From assembly GCA_023920165.1 (NCBI GenBank), contig CP089275.1, forward strand, positions 3,286,001 through 3,350,000: 64,000 nt of DNA, read 5' to 3'. The notes under the pieces were generated by a model. It was not told where the DNA came from and ran no database searches. It saw nothing but the letters and a program-made list of their open reading frames with translations. The DNA comes from Curvularia clavata (taxonomy: Eukaryota). Positions 41,006 through 53,645 of the stretch are shown here, piece by piece. Each line of letters starts with the position of its first letter. Position 1 is the first letter of the stretch. The position numbers were made by a program, and so were the translations under genes.

Positions 41006-41457
41006 AGCTACAAGAGTGCTGAGCAACACCTACGATGCGATTATGCGCTGGAAGGCGTTTCGCGGTGCTGCAATAAGAAATCGCGAGGCGCAGGGGCGTA
41101 GAACAATTGCGCGATCGCGATGAGGATGAATGAGGGTATTGCAGCCGTGTCGTGGGCGAATGATGGTGGGGATGGGGAGGGGGCGATGGGTGGGTTGAAG
41201 TCGCGTCTGAAGTTCGCGATGCTCTCGAACGCCTAAGCAAAAGTCCACTAAGGAGCAGCTGATCACGTGATATCGATGCCGCTCCTGACGCTCCGCATGC
41301 AAGGGCTAGCGCCGGATATCCAACCTGGTCAAACCGAGGTTCCAGTTCTCCACGCCATTGGGGTCGTCATAGCCAGTTTTGAACTCGGGCTTCCATCTGG
41401 TCTTCTTATTCCTGGCTATCTTTCTCTTCTCCCGGTGTCGCGCTAATTTTGCCCACC

Positions 41458-42609
41458 ATGTTCTCTGTCACCCGCCATTGCGCCCTCCGCACTGCCCGCA
41501 CTCGGCTTAGACAGTCGCAACCCACGGCGGTTCCTCAGTACTCCGCCTTCGCTCGCCTCGCCTCTACCCTTGCCGTCCTCGAGCAAAAAGAGGGCAAGAT
41601 TGTGTCTCAGTCATTGGCCGCCATCACAGCAGGAACAAAGCTTGGAGGCTCAATAACGGCCTTCATTGCGGGAAGTGGGGTCAAGTCTGCTGCAGAAGAG
41701 GCAGCCAAATCGAAGGGTGTTGAAAAGGTCATTTATGTTGAGAATGGCGCATATGACAAGGTCGGTGACACAAGTAGATATTATATTCCATGAGGGCTAA
41801 TCGTATTACAGAGCCTCCCCGAGAACTATGCGCCTCTCCTCGTAGAGAACATCAAGAACGGTGGATACACACATGTCGTTGCCGGTCACTCGGCGTTTGG
41901 CAAGAACATTATGCCTCGTGTCTCAGCGCTCCTGGACTCGCAGCAAATATCTGACATTACTGGAATTGAGAGTGAAGACAGTGAGTTGGAGGCTACACTA
42001 TCGCTAAGCAAAGTACTGACACGACCTGCAGCGTTTGTACGACCAATCTACGCTGGCAATGCCATCATGACCGTCCAATCGTCCGATAAAACCAAGATCA
42101 TCACCGTTCGAGGTACCGCATTCCCTGCGCCTGAGACTGAAGGTGGAAACGCCACTGTGGAAGAGGGTGTTGACCCCAAAGCGGAGTGCCCAACTGAATG
42201 GATATCCGAAGACCTCCAAAAGTCTGACCGTCCCGATCTTGGCTCAGCGGATAAGGTTGTATCGGGAGGACGTGGTTTGAAGTCCAAGGAGGAGTTTGAC
42301 AGGCTCATGCCGCCTCTAGCAGACGCACTCGGTGCTGCCATTGGTGCTTCAAGAGCAGCAGTCGATAGTGGCTTCGCCGACAACAGTTTGCAGGTTGGAC
42401 AGACTGGAAAGAATGTGGCACCGCAACTCTACTTATGTGCCGGTATCTCTGGCGCTATCCAACATTTGGCTGGTATGAAAGATAGCAAGGTCATCGCCGC
42501 TATCAATAAGGACCCCGAAGCACCAATCTTCCAAGTTGCCGACGTTGGCCTTGTCGGCGACCTATTCGAAAAAGTACCTGAGCTTACAGAGAAACTCAAG
42601 TCGCAGTAG
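41458..42609 (+). CDS. ETFA: Electron transfer flavoprotein alpha subunit, mitochondrial (2 introns)
   Basis: Presequence, [56 protein letters not shown]. Confidence 0.96.
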
Positions 42610-43516
42610 AGAACAAATAGATACCAAAATCCTCACATGTAAAATAGTCTTGACTATTCATAACGAAATCGAAACGGAATGCAGCTTTCGTTAATGTCTA
42701 CTGAGTGGGTCACTTGAGATTCTGTGCAGCTTACGTGACATTGGCATCTTGGTTGACTAACTTGACATAGGGTTTATTAATCTTGGCACAGATTAGACAA
42801 GTATTAGCAAAGCTTCTCAGACCTAACCAAATTGTGTTCCCTCCTGTAACAAGGGTCCTAGGAGCGAACGTAACATGCAGGTCTAAGCCGTAACAGTTCT
42901 AGCATGCAGTAGACAAAGAAGCGCTCGGGGAGTATGTTCGCACAAAAGGTCTCGCATAAGTCTACACAACGTGCTGCTCAAGTTTCTCGTCTCTCTATAC
43001 ACACTCTCGCCGTATGTAAACATGCATGGATCTCCAGCCTCGTGTTGATACAAAATCTTGGCGTGCATCGGCGGCTGATCGACCTTACACCACCCACCCT
43101 TGCCTCGCGAGTCGTCTCCACCGCCAACCGATTGCCGGAAAGTCCGGTTCATTCATAAGCTATATCGCCGTCTGTACGTGCGCGCGCGGTATTGTAAATC
43201 CAGCAGAACTTCATCCTTTTCCTATTTTCATCGCCCTGTTCTCTTCCTATTCGTGGTGTCGTGCGGCCTTCAGCTCGAGAACTAGCGCCGCTACTTCTGG
43301 TCACCTGGAAACAAGAATCTTTGCCACTTATAACATACAGCCTGCACTTTCGCGTGGATCAACGCATTTCATCATCGTGCAGACTTTCGCGACCTGTCCA
43401 AGTTGACGTCTGGCATCTCGCGATAGACTAGTATCCTTGCCCAGATAACCCATCGCACTGTACCCTCCCAGGGCACTTGTTGCATTCAGTGATGGACAAA
43501 CCCCTACCTGATAAGG

Positions 43517-45824
43517 ATGCATAATGAAAATGAGGAGCCAAAGCAGCCAGCCGACGTACAGCAAGACCAGCATACAAATGAAACCGGGCGTGAACCACCA
43601 AGCAATCCGGCGACTGAGGAAAGCGCAAAGAAAAGGTGGTGGAACATCTGGAAGAAATGGGAAAAGGACGAAGTCGACTGGTGGTTTGCGAGCACTGGCA
43701 TTCCACTGCTAGCTGCGACTCTTGGACCGCTGGCCAATGTGAGCTCAATCGCTGCCTTAGTAACGCCCTGGCGACAGCAGAATATCGTTAATGGTGAAGT
43801 CCTGTCAGACTTCGACGGGATACCGTTCGGTGATCCACGATGGTAAGCGAGTTTATTGTTGATTAAAGCGAGATAAATCCTGCCAGATGCTTAATAAATT
43901 TGAGCTGACGAGATTCAGGTGTTATTGGATCAACGTCGCTTCTTTGATTTGTGGATTTCTCGGAAACTTCTTTCTCCTTCTAAATTTTACGCAGCGAGTC
44001 CGATATATCATCGCTCTACCAGCCACTGTGATTCTCTGGTATCTGTCGTCTGGCTTTCTCATTGCAATCACCATATGCATGCAAATATATGCACCACCCG
44101 TCCGTCCTGAACAAACATATACCCAAGGATTCTGGTACGCCATTGCAGCAGCATCCTTCTACACCATATGTTCCATGATCCTGATGGTCAATATGTTGGG
44201 GTACTTTCTTGGCCACTATCCAGAAAACTTTGCGTTGAGCGACAGCCAGAGGACGCTTATCTTGCAGACCATGGCATTCTTCATCTGGCTGGCAGGTGGA
44301 TCCGCAGTTTTCTCCAAACTCGAACAGCAAGCCGGCAACGAGAGTTGGCGATTCGCGGATGCTCTCTACTTTTGCGACGTCACTATCCTCACTGTCGGTT
44401 TTGGCGATATGGCGCCAACAACCAATGTGACCAGAGGAATTGTCTTTCCCTTCTCAGTTGGAGGAATTATTACCCTAGCCCTTATTGTATCTTCGCTATA
44501 CACCGCCGTCCGCGAGCTGGGGGATCAAAAGATTGTCAAAAAACATGTCGATCGCTTGCGCGAAAGCGTCGTCGAACGTACTGTGACCAATTCTTTCGAT
44601 CTCCGCCGCCGCGAGCATGACGCCCACCGCCTGATTAGGCGGCGCCAAATCGGGTTCCCCAGGATATCCGCACCAATTGAACCGCGACCTTTCCGCAAAC
44701 CTATGCATGAGAGCGCCCATCGTGCTTCGAGTCTCCCACACGTCACCCACGCCCTTGGTATTGCTTCGAGTACAAGAAAGCTGGTCTTGAAAGAAGAAAA
44801 AGATCGATTCGAGGTTATGCGCAAGATCCAAGCCGACACTAAGAGGTTCAAGCAGTGGATGGCTCTTTTCTGGTCCACTACCACGTTCTTAATCCTATGG
44901 TGTATTGGTGCCCTTGTGTTCTCGATAACTGAAAGAGAAACTGAGGGGATGACATACTTCCACGCTCTCTATTTCTGCTACGTCTCTCTGCTCACCATTG
45001 GCTACGGAGACCTAACCCCGAAGACCAATCCTGGGCGTTGTTTCTTTGTCATTTGGAGCCTGATTGCCGTCCCAACCATGACTATTCTAGTCTCTAACCT
45101 GGGAGATACTGTGGTAGCAAATTTTAAGAAATGGAGCGATCGACTTGCCGATTTTACCGTGTTGCCTAAAGCTGGTATATGGCGCGCATTTCTTGACAAA
45201 CATCCCTGGCTCCTTCTTTGGCTGCAACGCTGGACAGAAAACCGCGCGCGCAAAAAACGTCTCAAGAAAGGGTTCGAGGTTGCAGATGTCAGGCCGGAAA
45301 ACAGTGGCTCGGGGTCGTCTAGTCTTGATAACAACGGCAATGTGGACCTTGAAAACCCGGCAGAACAGCAAGAGGGCGAGGAACCCACGGATGATCCTGA
45401 AATAGCACCAGAAACTTCAATCACTCAAGCCCTAACCAGTACCTCTATATCCCGCCAGCTAGCTCACTGTATCCAAAAGGTCTCTTTTGACTTAAGAAAC
45501 CCACGAAAACGCTACAGTTACGAGGAGTGGGTCGAGTTCACGCGGCTAATCCGCGCAACGCACCCAGAACGTCTAGACCGCTATCTAGGCATCAGCTGTA
45601 ACGCTACAGATGACGAGAACGATGAGGGTTTGGTGAACTGGGATTGGCTTGGCGAGCACAGTCCTTTAGTTTCGGGAAACAGTGAGAGTGAGTGGTTGAT
45701 GGAGCGGCTTGTGGAGAGCTTAGTGAGGCTGGAGAAAAGAAAGGAGGTCGCAAGGCGGAGGTTTGATATTGGAGCGTTGAGAAGCATGGAGAGAAGAGCA
45801 ACAGAGATCCAGGATAACAGATGA
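43517..45824 (+). CDS. TOK1: Two-pore-domain outward-rectifier K+ channel TOK1-like (1 intron)
   Basis: Multiple TM helices, pore loops TILTVGFGD and LLTIGYGD, fungal TOK N-terminal PLLAATLGPLANV motif. Confidence 0.9.
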
Positions 45825-46731
45825 GGCACGATGTGATATATTTTTGATAGCGACCTGCTTTTATACCTGGCGATGTATGTTTTTCTTTGGCTTTCATATA
45901 TTAATGTAATGTCTGTTTGAATATTGGGTATTTGGAACTGAATCTCCTGACACCGCAGAAAAGCCAAGACTGCTCATGGAGACGTTTGCTGCAGAATCGT
46001 GTGAACTCGGATCGAGGGAGAAGGCAGGAGGCCTGATTTCTATAGGGCGTTCGGGGTGGACACTATGATAGGCGATTGAATGATGTTGCCAAGGGCTGTT
46101 ACCGCACTTTATCGGATGATCGGTGGCCGACACCCCGTCAAGTGTAGGGAGACTTGCCTCAGTCATTCAATTCACGATAGCACAACAATTGCATGTCTCT
46201 GTGCATTGGGATCATAACCGTGCCCTGCTTCTTGTTTAGCCGGCAGTATGAAACGTTGAAATTGTTTTTCGTCAATTCGATGCCTAAATTAGGACAGCCG
46301 CGCGTCCACAGAAGAGCGCCCTGACTCTGCTTGGCTCGCAGGTAGTCGCTCGATTAGGAAGACCTCTGGCTAAGCGACAAGTTCAAGGGTTAGCGCCTCT
46401 TCCGCATCAAACGTTCAACAGAGAGGCTTGCAGTATGACACGTCTTTGCAGTAATAAGAAGGATGATGCTAAGCTAGTTCGCTCCACTGGCTGTTTACTG
46501 CCACATCTTTGTCTGCTTTCGTGCAGATACGATTTGTCGAGTCAATCTCGACTTGGCTGTGGCGCAAACCGAATACGCGTTATGCGAAGGAACCTGAACC
46601 TGAACCTTCCGACTTGCCAGGCACCAACTTTTGTCCCCTGTTTGGCGCCACTCGTTCCCTTCATTTAATACCACAATCCGGGGTGCGAGGACAGTCTCTA
46701 CCCCTGTGTCGCTCATTCATACCTCACCACC

Positions 46732-49700
46732 ATGAGCACTACGGCTGTTGAACCGCCGCCTCCTCCTATTTCTGCCTCTCCGGCACAAAACACTGCCGAG
46801 ATGTCCCAAACCACCATGTCCGAAAAGACGCAGCAAGATGGCAATGTGAAAATCATCGAGGATGAAGCAGCTGTCTCTGCGAAACCGAAGACATCTGATG
46901 ATGGCTTGAAAAACTACTTTGTAAGTACAGCCATCTTTGTCGATTCGTTACTTCAACTGAGAATTGGATGCATAGCGTGTCTTTACTTACGGAACCCGTT
47001 TGGACTATCTACTTCTCATACTGTGTATTATTACATCAATCGGCTCAGGCATTGCTTTTCCCCTGATGACCGTAGTCTTTGGTGAGCTTCTATCCCCGAA
47101 AAAGAAAGTAATGTGACCTTCCAGTCTACTGACTGCCTTTAGGCCAACTCGTTGGGACATTCACCGATTACTTCACCCCAGGGACAAGTGTCACAGCGTC
47201 CGAATTTCAAGATGAAGTCGATGACTTGACATTGTACCTGGTGTACCTCTTCATTGGGAAGTTTGTGCTTTCTTATATATCGATGGTATGGGAAAGCCTC
47301 TTCTATGCATGGCTGAAATACTAACCGTGCCACAGCTCAGTATCAGAATCAGTGGCCTCCGTATCTCTGCTGCACTGCGCCTGGCATACTTGCGGGCTCT
47401 CTTCCGACAGCCTGTCAGCGTGATAGACACAATTAGCCCAGGGAAAGTCTCCACGCGGATCACCACTTCTTCAAACACAGTCCAGATCGCGATATCACAG
47501 CAGTTTGCTATGATGTTTCAATCGTTTGCATTCGTCATTGGAGCGTACGTTGTGGCGTTCATCAAGAACCCGTTGCTTACCTTGGTCGCTTCAGCTTCGC
47601 TCCCATGCATCCTCATTCTCATGGGTATCATCGTGCCTCCATACATACGGATAAACAAGATCACGGAAAAGTATAGCGAGGATGCATCTGCTACGGCTTT
47701 TGAGATGTTTTCTTCTATTCGCATCGTCGTCGCTTTTGGCGCTGAAGACAAATTGGCACGGCAGCACGAAGAATTACTGACCAAAGGAACTAACAATTTC
47801 AAGAAGGCTGCACCTCTAGCTGGGCTCTTTTTTGCACCTATGATGGTGGGTCAGTATGGCACGATGGCTATTGCCTTTTGGTTCGGCGTCAAACAGTACT
47901 CTGAGGGAAAAAACACCGACCTCGGCTCTATCGTTGTCGTCCTGTTCGCGGTTATGATGGCCATCATGAACTTTGGACGAGTTGTCACCCCAATCGTTGC
48001 CATTGCAAAAGCTGCGTCTGCGGCTGCTGAGTTGTTCAAGACTATCGACGCGCCAGTTGCAGACATTTCGGGACTGAAAGAACCAGACGTTACAGCCAAC
48101 GCCAATATCACGTTCCAGGACGTCGCTTTCTCATATCCAAGCAGACCAAATGTCCCAATCCTCCAAGGGCTCGATCTCGAATTTGAAGCTGGCAAGGTCA
48201 CAGCTATCGTCGGCCCTTCGGGAAGTGGTAAGTTTCCCAGTTCCCCAAGGTGGTCTGAATGTATACTGACATCCTACCTAACCCGCCAGGCAAGTCTACT
48301 ATTATCGGTCTCGTGCAAAGGTGGTACGATCTTCTGGGTACAACAGCCTTACCCACACCGAACAACCCTCGTGATGATTCCGAATCCTCTGCGCAAGATA
48401 ACGAGACGAAGCGGGAAGAGTCACCCAAAAAGACAGGATGGTTCAAGAAGCGTACCAATGATAAAGGCCAGGAGAAACAGGCAAAACCGGTTAAGGATGA
48501 CAAAAGTAAAGAAGAGGAGCCCGATATTGGACCCAATACATGTACTGGCACAGTTAAGATTGGGGACACCGACATCAGACAAGTCGACCTCAAGTGGTGG
48601 CGCTCTCAAATTGGCATCGTCCAGCAAGAGCCATTCCTCTTCAACGACACGCTCTACAATAATGTCGCGTTTGGTCTTACTGGAACAAAGTATCAAGGCC
48701 TGTCGAAGGAAGAGAAGATGAAGATGGTAGAGGAAGCTTGTCGTGAGGCCTACGCTGAAGAATTCATTTCTAAGCTACCAGAAGGGTTTGAAACCCTAGT
48801 AGGCGAGAGCGGTATCAAATTATCAGGTGGTCAACGTCAACGTATTGGAATTGCCAGGAGCATCATCAAGCAGCCGCCTATCCTGATCCTGGACGAAGCG
48901 ACTAGCGCAATCGATGTGCGAACAGAGCGCATTGTACAGCAGGCACTCGATCGAGTGTCGAAGAACCGAACAACTATTGTCATTGCCCATCGTCTCTCTA
49001 CTATCAAACGGGCGGACAAGATTGTTGTCTTACGCAAAGGACAACTCGTAGAGCAAGGCACTCACGATGACCTGGTGAAGATCGAAGATGGTGTCTACTC
49101 TGGTCTAGTTCATGCACAAAACATTGCCATGGAAGCCGAAAATGATGAAGCTGAACTGATGCAAATCAAGACTGCCGACAGTGTAGTTGCGGCGGAGGGA
49201 AAAAAGATCGACAATATCTTGAAAGACAAGAATCCGGAATACAAAGAGCGAGGCCTGGTGAACAGTTTTGGGCGCTTACTCTACGAGCAACGCCATCACT
49301 GGGTTCTATTCAGTACCGCCATTCTTGGTATCCTCGCCAGTGGCAGCGCTTGGCCATTACAAGCCTGGATCTTTGCACAAGTCATCAATGTCTTTACACT
49401 CCCACCGGATCAGTTTGTCAGTGAGGGTAACTTCTGGGCAGGCATGTTCGGAGTGCTTGCTGGAGGAACATTCGTATCCTACTTCTTCATGGGATTCGCT
49501 TGTCATCTTATCGCTATACACGTCGCGCTTCGGTACAGGCAAGAGTATCTGTACAACCTCATTCGGAAACGTATCCCTTTCTTCGACGAACAAGGTCATA
49601 GTCCAGGATCGCTCACCAGCCGCGTGAGTTCAGACACAACACAACTACAGCAACTGATGGCAACAGAGATGGGCGTTGCGCTCATTGCCGTTGTCAACCT

Positions 49701-51064
49701 CGTTGGCTGCATCATCATCTCCTTCGTCTATGGCTGGAAGCTCTCTCTAGTCGGCCTCTTCGCAGCTTTGCCGCTCATCCTAGCTGCAGGATACCTCCGC
49801 ATGCGTCTGGAGCGCGAGTTTGAAACCAGTAACGCTAAAGTGTTCGAAGACAGTAGCCAGTTTGCTGCTGAAGCTGTGGGAGCTTTCCGAACAGTAATCA
49901 GTCTCATAATGGAAGACTTGATCGGTGACCGGTATGAGACTTTGCTGAGCAGCCACGTCGGAAGTGCTTTCTCGCGCGCGAAGTATGGCACACTTGTCTT
50001 TGCAGGAAGCGACAGTATCGAACTAGCTTGCATGGCGCTCACGTTCTGGTATGGTGGCACACTTCTGGCGTCTCGCGAATACGACAACGTGGACTTCTTT
50101 GTCATCTATCAAGCTATCATACAGGGCGCGGCGGCAGCGGGCATGTTCTTTTCTTTCGCTCCTAACATGGCTCAAGCGAGTGGTGCTGCCAACCGCATTC
50201 TGGGTATGCGCCCAACAAACACCGGAAAGCCCACTTCCTACGCATCTCTCGATACGTCAGAAGAAGGTGTCGGCATAGAGTTCCAGAACGTATACTTCAC
50301 CTACCCGTCCAGGGAGTCACCCGTTCTTTCGAACCTCAATATCCAGATCCAACCAGGCCAGTTTGCTGCGCTCGTTGGTGCCAGCGGCTGCGGAAAATCA
50401 ACCACGATATCGCTTCTCGAACGTTTCTACGACTCATCCTCTGGCCGCATCCTGTGCAACGGGCAAGATATCACTACTCTGGATCCCTCAGAGTACCGCA
50501 AACAAATCAGTCTCGTCAGCCAAGAACCCACACTGTACGAAGGCACAATTCGAGAAAACGTCGCGCTATCCGTTGAAACAGCGACTGATGAAGAAATTGA
50601 ACAAGCATGCCGCGACGCACAGATTCACGAGTTTATCGTTTCGCTTCCTGACGGCTACAGCCAGCGTCTTGGACCAAAGGGCATGTCGCTATCCGGAGGT
50701 CAGAAGCAGCGTCTGTCACTTGCTCGGGCCTTGCTGCGCCAACCGAAACTTCTTCTGCTGGACGAAGCGACGTCTTCACTGGACTCTGAGTCTGAGAAGT
50801 TGGTGCAAGAAGCCATTGAGCGGGCTGCTGGAGAGGGTAGACGCACGATCATCTCTGTTGCGCATCGACTAGCCACGATCCAGAAGGCGGATGTCATCTT
50901 TGTGCTGGGTAGTGGCCGGGTGTTGGAAAAGGGCGATCATCAGGCGTTGTTGAAGAAGAGGGGGGTTTATTGGCAGATGGTGAGTTTCAATGTCCATTCG
51001 AATTTTGAGTGTACACAACATACTAACATTGTTACAGTGTCAAGCTCAGGCTTTGGATGCGTAG
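46732..51064 (+). CDS. Full-length ABCB/MDR (P-glycoprotein-like) transporter, 5 introns
   Basis: TMD-NBD-TMD-NBD order. Walker A GPSGSG|KST and GASGCGKST, LSGGQ signatures, ILILDEATS/LLLLDEATS, AHRL. Final exon CQAQALDA*. Confidence 0.95.
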
Positions 51065-51666
51065 GCCCAACCAACTGTAATTTGCGATTTCTTTTCTGGT
51101 AGTACAGCGACCATCACGTACAGACTTTTTTATTGTATTAGTCCTGCGTTTTTGACCCATATGCTTGGACCTCTTTTCTCTCTTTTCTATCCTCTTCGGA
51201 ATTCACAACTTCTGAGCGATAAGAAATCTGCCATCAATTCTCGTTTGATCTTCATAGATTTGCAGCGAGCACTATACCACGTTCCACTAAATGCCGGTTT
51301 CTGGATAGTTCCAGCTTCCGTATCATGTGCAAAGAGTGTGTTAATTGTTTCTTTGTCTATACATCTATGTTAGGTGCACTCATCTCATATAGAGCAGAAT
51401 CTCTCACCTTATGCATTGTTTCCTGATCCCACATCAAACAACATAGAGTATATACATCACAAATATTCAAAGGATTCAATTCTCCGCTGGAGAATACATT
51501 CGCAGAGCTTCAAAATCCTCGGATTATCAATCTTCTAGATGTGGTGTTCGTCAAACCCTAGCGTGGGTCGGCCAAAGAAAAAAATTAAGATCCACCACAC
51601 AAAAATTCGCGTCACCACCATCTTCACTATTAATGTGAAAACCAGGACAGACATGGACAAAAAGAA

Positions 51667-51770
51667 AGCCCGACGTGGGGGTCGAACCCACAACCTTGAG
51701 ATTTAACAATCGTGTCTACTAGGACGTGATAACTAAGAGTCTCACGCTCTACCGATTGAGCTAGCCGGGC
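51667..51770 (-). tRNA. tRNA-Lys(CTT) with 31-nt intron (51703-51733)
   Basis: GCCCGGC TA GCTCAATCGGTAGAGC G TGAGA CT CTT A [intron] A TCTCA AGGTT GTGGG TTCGACC CCCAC GTCGGGC T. All stems pair, and a T-run Pol III terminator follows. Confidence 0.95.
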
Positions 51771-53270
51771 TGTTACTGCTTTCGATGGAAGAGAGCAAAT
51801 TTGAAAAGTAATTGTTGTAAAAAGTGTAGCTTGCTATCCATTCCACAGGCCAGATTGTTTTTTGAGGGTGTCCGAATGGAAGGAAAATTTTTTGGGGTAC
51901 CATGCAAATTTTAGCCAATGGCCGGCTACCCACCTCTTCTTAGACTCTTGACCCACCAATAGACGAGCCCGGTCATGGTACTAAATCCGAGTTCCGTTTA
52001 TGACCTGCATTTATTGAGAATGTACGGATGCTATGACTTTCTGGGACCCTGCTGGTTGATTTCGGTGGTTGAAGTTGCTGAACCTAAGTTCGAGATGACA
52101 GTCACGAGGATAGATGGCGGTTTGTGAATATATGATGTAAGTTACGTGCCGTACATTGTTCTCCACTTGCGGGCTATGTCTTCGTTGCAAGCCATAAATA
52201 TCTTTCTATAGTCGCATGTTAGTATGCCTCTGTGGGCAGAACATGATATGCTCGTAACCGGGGTAAAAGCGTAAGTTGGGACAAAGCATTGATGCTGTAT
52301 TCTATAGATACACACAAGTTATGAATTTTTGCTTAGGGTTCGCGCAGAAAGATAAATGTGACGCGTGTAAGCATTCACTGCGCAAGACTCACCCAGTGAG
52401 ACAGCCCATCTAGATCCGACTTGGAGCCAGGTGAGATCCGAAGGTGATCCTTACCAGGTGTAACGGGCTGGTCGCCCTTGGGATTAGATATAGACTCTCC
52501 ATTTCTTTTTATTATTAAGTGACACTCCTCCATAGCGCAAGCTCCTCTGTCCCATTATGGCCAAGACTTTGAGTACTTAAGATCTTTGTACCAGATGGGA
52601 AGCCATCTGTTCCACGACTGAACGAAATGTCGTATTTCGTACGCTCTTTGCTTCCAGTCAATCCTGGAAAATCGGATGCGATGATTGGACCATAGACAAT
52701 TTCGCCAGTGACCTATATAACTTTAGTGGACAATAAATCAAGGGATATATCGTAGGCCCATTACGCACAACTGTACTAACTGTATTTGGAGCGACATAGA
52801 ATGGGCCGGCGAAACAAAGCGTCAGATTCGTAGCTATGGAAATGTCAGTATGTCGGTTGCAATACTGATTGAAAAGAAGGCTCTGTACCATCCTGAATGA
52901 CCACTGAAACGTAGCCTGTCTCTGTATATACTAACAAGCCAACTGGGTCTTTGCGAAATTGCAAGTCCGGCCCTGGGATACCATTGTAGAGGCTGGGATT
53001 GTCAAGCTGTTAGCAATCTAGATCTATGCTAAGTATAGCGCGATTGAATACGACTGTGTCTCACGTTGTTGTGTTAATAAGCGCGTACGTGCCAGCTAAG
53101 GCTTTCAAAATCTTCTGATGGCTAAACATTGGTTTGAAGGGCTAAAGGTTCAAGATACTACTTTGTATATGAAAGTTGCGAGTGCAGAGGTGCTATGAGA
53201 AGCTTCTTATGTTGCATCCGGTAGCTCCGGCAGTTCCGGGATCAACAAGATAATAGCTAGGTTTGACCAT

Positions 53271-53645
53271 AATATACTTCCCGCGCACATACTAGAGTTC
53301 CCGCACACCCCACCACATCACGATATTTCACTTGCAACGCTTGTAGTATCAACACTGTAATCCTGAAATGAATCCTAAAGAGCTTCCTATGCAAGATGCT
53401 ATCGTATATCTCAACTTGGATAGTTTACAGGCTAGTGTAAAGCTGCTAAGTAGTATAGTTATCTAAATCTACGATAGTCAGTTGGTAAGTAAGGTCAACA
53501 TCTGCACATAACAGCTTACCAACAACAGTAGCGATTATTCATTATCTATATTTCTCATTTATCAGACTCAGTTTGAAGCCTCTTATTACGAGAAGTCTTC
53601 TATTACTTCTACTTAAGACTCTACTCTTAATAAAGCCTTCAGTGG
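53271..53645. mobile_element. Degenerate (RIP-like mutated) Fot1/pogo-type Tc1-mariner DNA transposon relic
   Basis: Repeat TTCCCGC(G/A)CAC at 53278 and 53298, then an ATG at 53368 giving broken MNPKELPMQDAI..KAAK*YS..KST..AYQQQ*RL, which resembles the N-terminal HTH of Fot1 transposases. Local TpA enrichment. Confidence 0.55.
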
